A DNA stretch of 64,000 nt, from assembly GCA_964016885.1 (NCBI GenBank), contig OZ024743.1, positions 238,142,001-238,206,000 of the forward strand. Direction: 5' to 3'. Of the stretch, positions 1 to 12,489 are shown piece after piece. The notes under the pieces were generated by a model, which was not told where the DNA came from, did not search any database, and saw only the letters and a list, made by a program, of their open reading frames with translations. Both the position numbers and the translations under genes were made by a program. Positions within the stretch are counted from its first letter, which is position 1. The number at the start of each line of letters is the position of its first letter. Source of the DNA: Eledone cirrhosa. Lineage: Eukaryota.

Positions 1-424
1 ATAAATAACCATCAACTTTTAAAAACTTAAAATTTTGATTCTTCACCCTAAAATAACATAAATTAAATATTTTGAACTTAACCGCTTAGTCCATAAGGGG
101 AAAAAATGTTTCTGCATAAATTACTCCCTTTTATCTCTCCCTCTCTTTAATCATCTATTAGTAGCCTTCATAAACTGTAATAAAATTATAATTCCAGAGA
201 CGTCTTCCTCGATAATCATAATTTGTAGTATCCCACATTTTAAAATCTCTATAACTGTTACATTAAAGCAACGTTTTTGTTACTCATACCTTCTCTATTG
301 AATTTATTACGTTTTCGCATTTTCTCATTATTAGGGTATAAATGTTGAGTTTTCTCATAGGTTAATCACTACCTTGATTAAATCTTAGCCATTTAAAATC
401 TCAGGGTATGTCATGTATCATTAT

Positions 425-469
425 ATTTTGTCTGATGAGGACGTACCTCTGAAATATGTATAATAAAAT
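425..469 (+). ncRNA. Minimal type I hammerhead ribozyme motif in a probable PLE terminal-repeat remnant (~1-500)
   Basis: attttgt-CTGATGA-gga cgtacc tct-GAAA-tatgta-TA-ataaaat: stem I attttgt/ataaaat, 3-bp stem II, near-palindromic stem III; followed by (TA)n. Confidence 0.6.
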
Positions 470-512
470 TTAATTGATCAAAAGAACATCTATTTTATTA
501 ATATTTATAATA

Positions 513-571
<59 letters not shown>

Positions 572-739
572 TTTTGTCACTTAATAAAAGAACATTATAA
601 ATTATATACATAAATAACATTACAAATTGATAACAATTCTTTCAGAAATAAAATACAAATATAAACACATATAACAAATACAATATACAAAAATACGCAT
701 GTATATGTGTGTGTGTGTATATATGTATATATATATATA

Positions 740-770
<31 letters not shown>

Positions 771-782
771 GTCGTTATTTTA

Positions 783-975
783 GGCAGTGGATTGGCAGTA
801 TCGGTAGAGGGCGGACGTCATGCTTTGACGCATAGAGTTACGGCCCTTTCCCTTCTGAGTTCAAATCCCGCCGAGGTCAACTTTGCCTTTCATCCTTACG
901 GGGTCGATAAAATAAAGTACCAGTAATGTACTGGGTAATTGCTGGCCTTGTGCCAAGTGTAGAAACAATTATTAT
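783..975 (+). mobile_element. tRNA-derived SINE, full length
   Basis: A-box-like TGGCAGTATCGG, B-box GAGTTCAAATCCC, central GCCTTTCATCCTTACGGGGTCGATAAAATAAAGTACCAG (resembles the Meta-type SINE domain), tail tagaaacaattatt; ~20 copies in window. Confidence 0.9.
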
Positions 976-1191
976 GTTTTTTTCGTGCAATGGCCATACT
1001 CGATAACGAGGGGGCTGCCATCATGTATGTACTTTAAAAACCTTCAAAGCACAGGCATTGCTTGTTCTAGATTTGTTACAGGTTCGTGTTGCTGGCTGTG
1101 CCCCATTTTCTGCAATCTGACAAGAGATTGCAATACTCTTAGCAGAGTTTGCAGTCATTATATATGTATGTATGTATGTATGTGGATACAG

Positions 1192-1382
1192 GGCGGTGGA
1201 TTGGCAGTATCGGTAGAGGGTCGGACGCCATGCTTTGACGCATAGAGTTACGGCCCTTGCCATTCTGAGTTCAAATCCCGCCGAGGTTAACTTTGCCTTT
1301 CATCCTTACGGGGTCGATAAAATAAAGTACCAGTAATGTACTGGGTAATTTCTGGCCTTGTGCCAATAGTAGAAACAATTAT
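1192..1382 (+). mobile_element. tRNA-derived SINE, full length
   Basis: Near-identical to 783-975. Confidence 0.9.
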
Positions 1383-1399
1383 GTATGTATGTATGTATG

Positions 1400-1655
<256 letters not shown>

Positions 1656-1923
1656 CATATTTATGGTTATATGAACTAGTACTCAGTATATTGTACGAGG
1701 GTTGAGGCGTGAAAGAAATCTGATTCATCACAGATGTTTTGCGTGTACGTGTATGAAAGTGGATGAGAAACTATTTGCCTATATATATAAATACGAGTAA
1801 CCAATCGTCCTTGTTTTATCATACTACACTCTGTCTAGCTCTACACCACCTCGATACAGACGTGAACCTAAACATCGAGTACTCACCCGGGTGAACCTAC
1901 AGTAACTCCGCGTTATACTCCCT

Positions 1924-2033
<110 letters not shown>

Positions 2034-2078
2034 GATAAAGAACACAAGAGCGTCTACAACATCAAAAGATTTTTATTG

Positions 2079-2123
2079 GCTTACAATGTTTCTTCCTTAC
2101 GTAACCGTAGGATTCGCCAGAGC
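2079..2123 (-). ncRNA. Degenerate hammerhead motif (core CUGGCGA)
   Basis: Minus strand: gct-CTGGCGA-a tcct..agga a-GAAA-cattg-TA-agc; A6G change would probably impair it. Confidence 0.5.
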
Positions 2124-2159
2124 TATAAAAGGGGTTTGATTGGTGTTATGGACTCTACC

Positions 2160-3090
2160 AACCAAACATTCAAGAACAAAGAGTAAAGAGAGTAAAGAGC
2201 AAAACCAGGTACCTCCGTAAAAACACTTATTAGCAAGACATACCCTTTTCAAAGACCCTCATGTATAGATAAGAAATGTATAACCTGTAAAATAAGCCCC
2301 CATATTAACTGTAAAACTAGAAATGTAATGTATAGCATAAGATGTACTGAAGGACAATGTAGAGACAAAAATATAGTGTACATAGGTGAGACAGCTCGTA
2401 GTGTAGGGGAACGGATAAATGAACACTGGCGAGACCTTCAAGATAGTAAAGAATCATCTGTACTCTACCAACATGCTAAAATAGAACACAAGGGTAAATT
2501 AGAGAACATAGAAATAAAAATAGAATCTACACACAGAAAAGACGCAATGTTTAGACAAATTACAGAGGCAATAAACATAAAAGAATTACAACCAAAATTA
2601 AATAGAAAATATGAGTGGAACAGCAACATCACAACTTACAATTAAGGACAAAATGAAAACACACACACACATAGAACAAACAACCAACCAGTAACATGTA
2701 AATAAACAAATAAATAAATGAACATAAACACACACAGACACCCGGATGTGGCGCATGCGCAGACTGAGCACACCACACACACACAGAAACAAAATGGCGT
2801 AGGACAGAACAAAGGAGAGGCACAGAAACAAAGAAAGGAATCCCCAGTCACTGAAGAGGTCACAGAGTGTGTGACGAAAGAACTATGACTATATATAAAC
2901 AACTATCTGGTTGTGGAGCCAACCAACCAACCAGAAATTTATAAATTTATAAATTTATTATAATAAATTGAAGTGAAAGCAACTGGTGCGTGTGTTTCTT
3001 ATTGGCAACATGACCCTCCCAAAGTATAACAATATCGGTTTCAACACACGATTTCAGATAAAGAATCTTGGTAAACAAATTCAGAAACGA
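2160..3090 (+). mobile_element. 5'-truncated Penelope-like element (Naiad-like): GIY-YIG endonuclease end plus 3' terminal repeat
   Basis: ...CIDKKCITC...CKTRNVMYSIRC...VYIGETARSVGERINEH...RQITEAINI..LQPKLN; paralogous to 32320-33525; HHR at 2846-2890. Clade label from memory of motifs, not a search. Confidence 0.85.
2846..2890 (+). ncRNA. Type I hammerhead ribozyme motif
   Basis: agtca-CTGAAGA-g-gtcaca gagtg tgtgac-GAAA-gaac-TA-tgact; extra nucleotide after A9. Confidence 0.85.
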
Positions 3091-3097
3091 AATATAT

Positions 3098-3144
<47 letters not shown>

Positions 3145-3148
3145 CACA

Positions 3149-3237
<89 letters not shown>

Positions 3238-3368
3238 CATGTGTGTGTGTGTATGTGTGAGTGCATGTGTCTATATATATATGCACACACACACACACAC
3301 ACATATTAAACTTAAGCCAAAATCTCATATAAGCCAAACCAGCTAAAGACGTCGGTTTTAACTTATAT

Positions 3369-3541
3369 AATTGTTTCTACTTTAGGCACAAGGCCAGCAA
3401 TTAACCACTGCATTACTGGTACTTTATTTTATCGACCCCGTAAGGATGAAAGGCAAAGTCAACTTCGGCGGGATTTCAACTCAGATCGTAAAGGGACGTA
3501 ACTATGTTGGAAAGCATGGCGTCCGACCCTCTACTGATCCG
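3369..3541 (-). mobile_element. tRNA-derived SINE
   Basis: Reverse complement of the 783-975 family. Confidence 0.85.
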
Positions 3542-3670
3542 ACCATGGTTTCAGGAACTCAAGATACAACATTGTCAATGCCAAGACATTGGAATAACCA
3601 ATGTTGGAAGAATTTCAGTTCCTTCATCGGGAGGTGAATTCTTTCTTAGGAATAAGGGGTCAAGTTGAAA

Positions 3671-3865
3671 ATATATCATACATATCATGTTGTTGCTAGA
3701 CCGCGTGGTGAAGAATGTGTTGTATCGCTGAATTACTATATGAATATATTCTACCTAATGGAACAGGTAGAATATATATCATACATACCATGTCGTTAGT
3801 AGACCACCTGGTGCACAACCTGTTGCAACGCTGAATTACTCTATGAATATTTTCTACTTAATATA
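3671..3865. repeat. Diverged ~103-bp tandem duplication
   Basis: atatatcatacata..catgt.gtt..tagacc...cgctgaattact.tatgaatat occurs at ~3671 and ~3774. Confidence 0.7.
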
Positions 3866-4169
3866 TTAGGACAATACGACAGGCTTATATTAAAGCTGGA
3901 AATGATGGAACAATCAATATGAAGGCAGTCCGTATAAGTTTCGTCGCCTGAGCCTGCACGTAACATTCCATATGATTCCTAGAGGATGTTTTCAAGACCA
4001 CAGTGCATGGATCACTTCCTGGCAAGTTGGGGATGCACCCTAATCGAAACCACGCATAAATATTTCTTCACTGAGCTTTCTTCATCATTCATTCACCTTT
4101 ACAAAGTCCAACTGTGATGGATCACTGATGAAGGGAGCTGATTTTGGTGAAACTGCAATCTCTTTGACC

Positions 4170-4860
4170 TGCACGTTGGCGGCAGATGTATGATTGTTGC
4201 CTTTCAGGAACCTGAGACTCTTCAGAAATTCAGTCATAGATCTGTGTCTGGTAAGGTCTTCCATCGTGTCTTTGGAAATAAAAACATTAAACGACAAACC
4301 AAACTCATGGTGTATCGAATTGTTTCCACCTTACCTTATGGTTGTGAAACGTGGACTTTGTACTGTCAGTATATCCGAAAATTGAAACCATTTCATTCCC
4401 AGAAAATGTGATCAATTATGAGCATCAAATGGGAGGACTATGCCAGCAATCTTGCAGTCCTTGAACAAGCCAATGCCAATAGCATTAAGGCTATCATCAA
4501 ATATTACCTCAGATGGACAGGTTACGCCTGTCCCATAAATAGGCTCTAAACTGCCACGTTAAATCATTTACAGCAAACTCGGTACAAGCAAGAGATCACG
4601 TGTCAACTCCATGCAACACAACAAAGACCAATTGTAATAGACGATGAAGAGAACCAACATCAACCCAAAATCTTGGAAACAACACACAGAAGACAGAACA
4701 TCGCGGCGAGAACTGAGGTGAATAAAAGGCTGCGACGAAAAATTCGTCAAGTCCACCTAAGACAACCACCAACCATCAAATGTAACCTTTGTAGATGTTT
4801 TTCTTTGCAAAAGTCGGCCTTGCTAGCCACCTGTGTCACTGTTATGGATGAGGAAATTTA
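4170..4860 (+). mobile_element. Degraded RTE-like LINE, ORF2 3' end
   Basis: RVFGNKNIKRQTKLMVYRIVSTLPYGCETWTLY..IRKL..FH..IMSIKWEDY..LRW.G and a terminal C-x2-C motif; stops and frameshifts. Confidence 0.8.
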
Positions 4861-5457
4861 AAATGTCCAATAATCACACAACAGTTATCTATAATTATGT
4901 ACCTATGTATCTGTCTACACCAAAACAATGTCTAACTGTCAATCTATAGTTATCTATCTCTGGACAAAAATAACAACAAAGAACAAATTCCAATAGCAAT
5001 CCGAGGTAGACGGAGAATCTGACCGAGGATAAATAAGTAGAAAGACAGACAGACAGACAGATAAATAAATAAATAAATAAATAGATATATATATATAGAT
5101 TGATAGATAGATAGATAGATGCTAGACAGACAAACCGACAAACAGACTGACAAACGGATATATGTATAGATAAATACATTGGTAGAACATAGTAATCCTA
5201 ATTTAGTGAATGTATATGTAATAATGATTAAAGAAAATATGAAAAGACATTATTGTAATTAATTCAATATAAAATGAAATACAGTGATGGCCGGAGTGAC
5301 AAGAGAGAGAAGGTTAAGGAAAATTGAGGATTCTAGCATCTTTACATAGAATGTTGTAACCGAGGGATTATTAATTTAGATATTTTTTACTATAAACTCC
5401 ATTTTTGACGGGTAATATGTTAGTATATATATATGAATATCAATAATAATTCGTAAA

Positions 5458-5565
5458 ATATTGTTTCTGCCTTTGGCACAGGGCCAGCAATTATCCCAAT
5501 GCATTACTGATGCTTTATTTTATCGATCCCGTAAGGATGTAAAACAAAGTTAACCTCGGCGGGAT
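5458..5565 (-). mobile_element. SINE 3' fragment
   Basis: Central domain and tail of the SINE family, diverged. Confidence 0.75.
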
Positions 5566-5852
5566 AATTCTTAAAATATTGATACATTGTGAAGGCACTT
5601 TATTTCACGTTGCTCCAGGCTTGAATTTTACCCGTGATTCAAAGACTCAACTTTATTACTCACTGTGACACACTGAACCACACAGAAAACTACGTTAAGT
5701 GTGGATGTTGGTGTGGACTGCTTAGCCATTTGCGCATAAATTCCACGAGTAGGCCGTTCAGTTCTTCGAACAATTGTAATACGCATCGTTGAAGCCGGTG
5801 GATTTCCAACAAACATAGACACACCCATGCACTAACATTATATCCACAGACA

Positions 5853-6043
5853 GGGCGGTGGATTGGCAGTATCGGTAGAGGGTCGGACGTCATGCTTTGA
5901 CGCATAGAGTTACGGCCCTTTCCATTCTGAGTTCAAATCCCGCCGAGGTCAACTTTGCCTTTCATCCTTACGAGGTCGATAAAATAAAGTACCAGTAATG
6001 GACTGGGTAATTGCTGGCCTTGTGCCAAAAGTAGAAACAATTA
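5853..6043 (+). mobile_element. tRNA-derived SINE, full length
   Basis: Near-identical to 783-975. Confidence 0.9.
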
Positions 6044-6044
6044 T

Positions 6045-7135
6045 ATCCACAGACACAGTGTGTGACGAGGCTGGTCTTTTAAATTACAAGTACAGTCGAT
6101 TCGACGGGCTTCATGACAACTAGGGTGCTTGAGATAAACACTCTCAGATGGGTGCAGATCCTGGAATTCACATATGTGTTCTGCAGTTTGCTCTGGCGAG
6201 CCATACTGGCAAGCTGTTGATGGAAGCAGCCCCAAGTGGTGCATGGCTGCATTGTTTCGGCTGACACGTGTGCACAGCCGATTCTGAGACACCTATTTCT
6301 TCTGAGAGAGCTAGAGCTTGTTGGTAAGGCTGTATTGGATTTGACATTCAGTTGAGCCGGTTGTAATATGTTGCCTGCCAGCTTTCCACGCCTGAAACAT
6401 GTTGAAATTCGAGTCTCGCAGCTTTGCTGTGTGACGAGAGAATGGGCGTCATGATATGAAGCGATGTTGGTCTAGTGACTGAGAATCCTCAGCCATGTCA
6501 TGGAGAGGATTACTTATCTCTATTGAGACATTAGTTACCAACAAGTGTGTGTGTGTGATGCTCTTTACGAAGGGGTGCAGGAACAATTCTTGCGAGTACA
6601 TGTAAATATTCAGTTGGTGTAGTGTGGAGATATCTAGTGATGAGTCTTAAAGTTTTGTTCATCCAGATATTAGTATGGGAGTTCTTTCACCATACAGGGG
6701 AGGCGTACTCTGCTGCTCAGTAGACGAAGGCTAGGGTAGTGGTATGTAGGGTGGATGTACCAGCACCCTATGATGAGCCTGCCAAGTGGCGTAGAACGTT
6801 GTTCATCGTAGATACCTTTGCACGTAAGGACTCGAGGTGCTGTCTGTAGGTCAGCTGTTGGTCAAATTTCACTCACTCCGAGATAGGACGGTGTGGCGTT
6901 ATATGGAAGGGGTGTGACATCGAGGTTAATGGTGAGCTGGCAATTGGCCACCTTGATAGTTAGGTGGAATGCCGTTACAGTCGTCTTTGCCATGCTTAGC
7001 TTCAATCTCCAGGTATTGAAATACATTGCCAGTTGGGCCCTGTCTGCTGTTAGTACACTCTCTACGTGAGACCAGACTTTATCGGAATGAAGAAGAGCGA
7101 GTTCATCTGCATAGCCATACATTGTGAATGCAGCA
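6045..7135 (-). mobile_element. Degraded LINE (I-group, Ingi/Vingi-like) RT C-terminal half
   Basis: YGYADELALL, YFNTWRLKLSMAKT, TPSYLGV, LAGSS.GAG..TL.TT.LA.VY.AAEYASPVW, terminal CQYGSPEQTAEHI knuckle; disrupted. Confidence 0.75.
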
Positions 7136-7459
7136 TGGATATGAGACAGCAGCAGCAAATCCATGTTACATCCACAAAATAGTGTAAAATATCTTACTCA
7201 ATGACACAACACGCCACTATGAATATTACCCACGGCCATGGGGTCGTCACCCGAACATCCTCATCACTAATTGATGTGAATACTGTTTTGATGGTATTTA
7301 GTAAACAATTGTGACGTTCTTAGCTAGAAATGACACTTCAGATAGGGAAGGTTTGCAACCGTTGGCATAAACTTACTTTATAATCTATTAATGAAATATG
7401 AGTTAAGTGTCATCGTGACATAGACAGATTTCTTCATAGTTTTTTAATAGCTACTTTTT

Positions 7460-7566
7460 ATGTGCTTACGTGTGTTTGTGTTTACGTTTGTATGTGCTTG
7501 CGCGGGTGTGTGTATGTGTGTGTTGGTATATGTGCATGCAAGTTTTGTTATATGTGTGTACGTTTG

Positions 7567-7654
<88 letters not shown>

Positions 7655-7804
7655 ATGCGTGTATGGGCATGCTTGTTTTCATATGTGTTTGTGTTTGTTT
7701 GTGTGTGAGTGTTGTTGATATATGTGTATGCATGTGTTGGTATATATGTATGCACGTATGCTGCCTCTGTGTGTGTGTATGTGTATGTGTGCATGCGTGT
7801 TTTC

Positions 7805-7851
<47 letters not shown>

Positions 7852-7964
7852 CGTGTGAGTGTTGTTGGTATATGTGTATGCATGTGTTGGTATATATATG
7901 TATGCGCGTTTGCTGCCTCTGTGTGTGCATGGGTGTATGTACATGTGTGATTTCATGTGTTTGC

Positions 7965-8002
<38 letters not shown>

Positions 8003-8180
8003 GTGTGTGTGTGCCTGCGTGTGAGTGTTGTTGGTATATGTATATGCAAGTTTTAGTATATGTCAATGTGCATTTGCTGTCTGTGTGTGAGCATTCGTGT
8101 ATGTGCACGAGTGTTTTCATGTGTTTGTGTGTGCGAAGAGCGTACGTGTTTGAGTGTGTGTGTGTGCGTGCGTGTGTGTA
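7460..8180. repeat. (TG)n-derived compound minisatellite
   Basis: Block gtgtgagtgttgttggtatatgt.tatgca recurs about every 150-165 bp between (TG)n runs. Confidence 0.85.
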
Positions 8181-9067
8181 CACCCCTGAATCACCCCATT
8201 GTTAAACTTCACAACTTAACTCTTGTGCCCTTTATGAAAGTCTAACAACAATAGTGGAAATCGACAAAGTAAACTAACTACCAGTTATGTACTAGGGTTA
8301 ATGGCTAATATAAGTCTAATACAAGATCACACGTATTTCTGTGAAGAAGAAGAAGAAACGACCCCATGAATGAAAGGCGGTAATGATCCCAGCGTACGTT
8401 AAAGGGACATAACCAAATACTAGAAAACTATCCAATTCTGTGACGACTTTTGTCGATTCTCTGTTCTCTCGTCCTCAATATGAACAAATATTAACACCTC
8501 AATTATACATCTGCCATATCAGTCGGCTATTTACCTACATTTTTAAAGGTCATGCATGATAAAGAATAACCAGACGAATGTTTACAAAAAATAAATTAGA
8601 TATATGTTGATATTTGACTGTGAAGCTAGAATTATTCTAACCTTAGAGCGTAAAAGAAATCTTAAATTCATGACCTTCATCCACACAATTTTCTTGTCTA
8701 CTTGTTTATTGTGTACACAATATATTCAAAACACAAATATAATTTTTGTGGTTTAGCTATACACAAGCATCATACATATTACATAAGTTGTGATAACTTG
8801 AATTAGTATATAACCGGTCCAAATTCTTAATTTGTTGAGCTACTCATACTGTGACTAGTACTTCTCACCTCTTACTAGCGGATATGTCGTCCAGTCCCGT
8901 TTATATCTGCCGCCAAAGTTAAAATGTTCTCACACTATTTTATCTATAATCTTGGTCGAACTCTCGGATCCAGACAGTTATAAAAGTAATTTGTACTCTT
9001 TACTCTATTTATAGTAGTCGGCTGTTTTACAGCTATTTATGTTTGAGTTCCTTACACTTCTTTGAAA

Positions 9068-9133
<66 letters not shown>

Positions 9134-9170
9134 TTGTCTCTGTGTGTCTCTCTCTCTCTCTTTCTCTTTG

Positions 9171-9242
<72 letters not shown>

Positions 9243-9249
9243 CACACAC

Positions 9250-9292
<43 letters not shown>

Positions 9293-9529
9293 CGTGTACT
9301 CTGCACTCTGTATTACTAGCAGTTTCATAAGGAAAAAAGGTCTAAATAATCAGGTCCATTTGAGAAAAGTAAAACAGGATGGAGAATGGAGTTTGGGACC
9401 ATGTTACTAAGGGTTTCTATTAGTTGTTTCGGGTGACGTGATGGTGTATATATCACGGACAACACGAATAAGTTTGCGTTTCGAGAAACGGATTTAAATC
9501 AAATTCTTAATATATCATCTTCTTGATCA

Positions 9530-9927
9530 AGATCATCATCATCATCATCTGCTATTCCTTGCATGCATGTGTTGGAGGGGTCCCTTTGAGCACAGCATCT
9601 CTCCACTCACTGCATTCCTCTGTCATCTTTTGAGTAAGTTTCAATGATTCTAGACCAGCTCTCACGACATTCACCCAAGTCTTCCTCTTCTACTGCGGCT
9701 TCTTTCCATTGGGATTTCTTGGCACTTCTTCATCCAGCAATCATCATCTATGCGCATTACTTGTCTATACCATCGCAATATTCTCTCCTGCTCATAACAT
9801 TTGATTCATCTTATACCCAGTTTCTCTCTCAGTTCATCCATGGGTTGTCGTTCACGCACATTAACATTGCACATCCGTCGAAGCATTTCTCTCTTCATTT
9901 CGCGCCAACCTTCATATATCACCTGTA

Positions 9928-9928
<1 letters not shown>
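9530..9928 (-). mobile_element. Probable LINE 3'-end remnant (RTE-like)
   Basis: (CAT)n tail on + strand followed by sequence resembling an antisense LINE ORF2 terminus; very degraded. Confidence 0.45.
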
Positions 9929-10018
<90 letters not shown>

Positions 10019-10109
10019 AAGTTATATTTAAAATTGTTGGGTTACAACTAGTAAATATTTATAACTGATATAAAAGCACTCGACAAATATTTGGAGTATA
10101 TTTACAATA

Positions 10110-11394
10110 TATATTTATTAAATAACAGATTAAAGTTTAAGCAAAGAATCGCTGCTTTCACCCTTAACAGGATCTTCTGAAACTAACAAAGTCAATCTGT
10201 AAACGCAGAACTGGATATTTCAAAAAACGTTGCAACCGGAGGAAGACAGGAAGACGATACTTTGGTTCATGATGACGTTCGCTGGCAAAGAACGGTAAAA
10301 ACGAATAATACGTCATTAATAGGAGCGGTGAAAAACAATTACGTGCAAGGACAGAACCACGTTTATGGTATAAAAGAGGTCGTAGACTAATGTTCTCTAA
10401 GTGGTGCATAGAAATTTGGTGAAGGTATGTATACCTTCTCGTACGTATATTTGACTGTTTTGGCGTATAATTTTTACATATTCTGGTATTTAAGGCTTGG
10501 TTATGTGTATATGGGAGTTTTGCGTCTGCCTGAGTATGCAGGTTCGTACGTATGGTGGGTGTGTGTATATGTGTACTTCTTGTTTTAGCTGACTTACGTC
10601 TCCGAACCTTCATGTATTTATTTGTAGGTATGTGTTTGCGCTTGTTATATAGGTATTTATTTACTTATATACGTTTATATAATTATTTATTTATTTGTAC
10701 ACAAGCATACACACATACACATATTTATATGTGCGTGGTTTTGTATACCTATGGTAAGGTTATGCGTATGCTTGTGTATGTACGTATCTGTTTGCGTGTA
10801 TGTATTTCTTTGTTCCTATTACTTCTGTATTGTATTTATTTGCTTTGTTCTTAACTCTGTAGCGGAGATTCATTCGGTCTCCTAGTTAGAATTTTAGTCT
10901 ACTACTTCGGCTATACCATTTACGTGGTTTTGTCTTTGCACGCTATTGTTCTCCACGCCCCACATATGACTTATTATCTTCGTTTTTTCGTTCATTGCCA
11001 GAGAACGTCTCTATGCACCACTTAGAGAACATTAGTCTACGACCTCTTTTATACCATAAACGTGGTTCTGTCCTTGCACGTAATTGTTTTTCACCGCTCC
11101 TATTAATGACGTATTATTCGTTTTTTCCCGTTCTTTGCCAGCGAACGTCACCATGAACCAAAGTATCGTCTTCCTGTCTTCCTCCGGTTGCAACGTTTTT
11201 TGAAATATCCAGTTCTGCGTTTACAGATTGACTTTGTTAGTTTCAGAAGATCCCGTTAAGGGTGAAAGCAGCGATTCTTTGCTTAAACTTTAATCTGTTA
11301 TTTAATAAATATTTGCTCTTCGGTTCTTATATATTTGATATATATTTTCCTTATCGAGCCCTCTCTGGATTTTAGTCTTCAATTTTATTATTAT

Positions 11395-11398
<4 letters not shown>
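10110..11398. mobile_element. Solo inverted pair of PLE pseudo-LTRs (family of the 43005-47290 element)
   Basis: 10110-10410 is the reverse complement of ~11012-11312; matches 43005-43980 and 46150-47290; HHR-like motifs at 10134-10184(-) and 11239-11289(+); (TA)n nearby on both sides. Confidence 0.85.
11239..11289 (+). ncRNA. Hammerhead-like motif with CAGAAGA core (U4A)
   Basis: agttt-CAGAAGA-t ccc gttaa ggg t-GAAA-gca gcgattctt tgc-TT-aaact; same core in five copies. Confidence 0.6.
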
Positions 11399-11454
<56 letters not shown>

Positions 11455-11458
<4 letters not shown>

Positions 11459-12470
11459 TAAATCATGTCTTTAGAATTATTAGATAAAATATATACCATT
11501 TCCTCTCCCAATTAGTATAATTAACCATATAAAAAATCAATTAGACCAAGCTATAAGAATAAAGGCTCCTATGAAGAAATTTCCAACAAATAACCGAAAG
11601 CGGAGAGGCCGCTTTCGGTTATTTGTCGGAAATTGGGAGAGGAAATGGTATATATTTTATCTAATAATTCTAAAGACATGATTTATGATATATTGTTCTG
11701 ATTATTTAATTTATTAATTCTTCATTGAGCCACAACGTGACCGGTTGCAAAACACATATATATCTATGACTTTATGTTTATGTATATGTAAATCTTTATA
11801 TTTAATAATCTCCCGTTAGGTTGAGATACAATTGGGCGATATTGGGCTGCGCTTTCTAGCAACAAGCCTACCCGCCGTAAGCAACTAATCACATTCTTTC
11901 TAACTTGACCACTGCCACGTCACGATTCTTAGCCATTTTTGAATCTATTTTTGGCGCGATCACTTTGGAAAACTAAATGTCTAATTTTGAGTTCGCTCCT
12001 GATGAGTCCGATACTCTGGACGTATCCTGTTATTGGATGTCTAAAAATACGGACGAAACCATGGTAGAGATATAATTACGGTATGTACACATTTCTTCTA
12101 AGTTTGAATTTACACCTAATTGTGTATGGTTGACGGTATATTTAGTCAATTTCTACATGCTGTTGAAATGTTAGATAAATACTCTATCGGGGCCACCGCG
12201 AAGAGGCCGCTTTCGGTTATTTGTCGGAAATTTCTTCATAGGAGCCTTTATTCTTATAGCTTGGTCTAATTGATTTTTTATATGGTTAATTATGCTAATT
12301 GGGAGAGGAAATGGTATATATTTTATCTAATAATTCTAAGGACATGATTTATGATATATTGCTCTGATTATTTAATTTATTATTTCTTCATTGAGCCACA
12401 ACGTGACCGGTTGCAAAACACATATATATCTATGACTTTATGTTTATGTATATGTAAATCTTTATATATA
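11455..12470. mobile_element. PLE pseudo-LTR cluster (inverted plus direct partial copies), related to 40410-41742
   Basis: 11455-11600 is inverted relative to ~12210-12355; 11632-11800 is repeated at 12299-12465; HHR at 11996-12069. Confidence 0.8.
11996..12069 (+). ncRNA. Type I hammerhead with extended stem II
   Basis: ctc-CTGATGA-gtccg(39 nt)cggac-GAAA-ccatgg-TA-gag; palindromic stem III. Confidence 0.8.
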
Positions 12471-12489
12471 TATATATATATATATAGGA

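Noticed and set aside
783-875. tRNA genes at SINE heads and near 61010-61070
   Set aside because: A/B boxes present but no cloverleaf; continuous with SINE bodies
9290-9360. Hammerhead on minus strand (CTGATTA...GAAA ctgctag TA)
   Set aside because: Core mismatch at G8 and no stem I or stem II pairing
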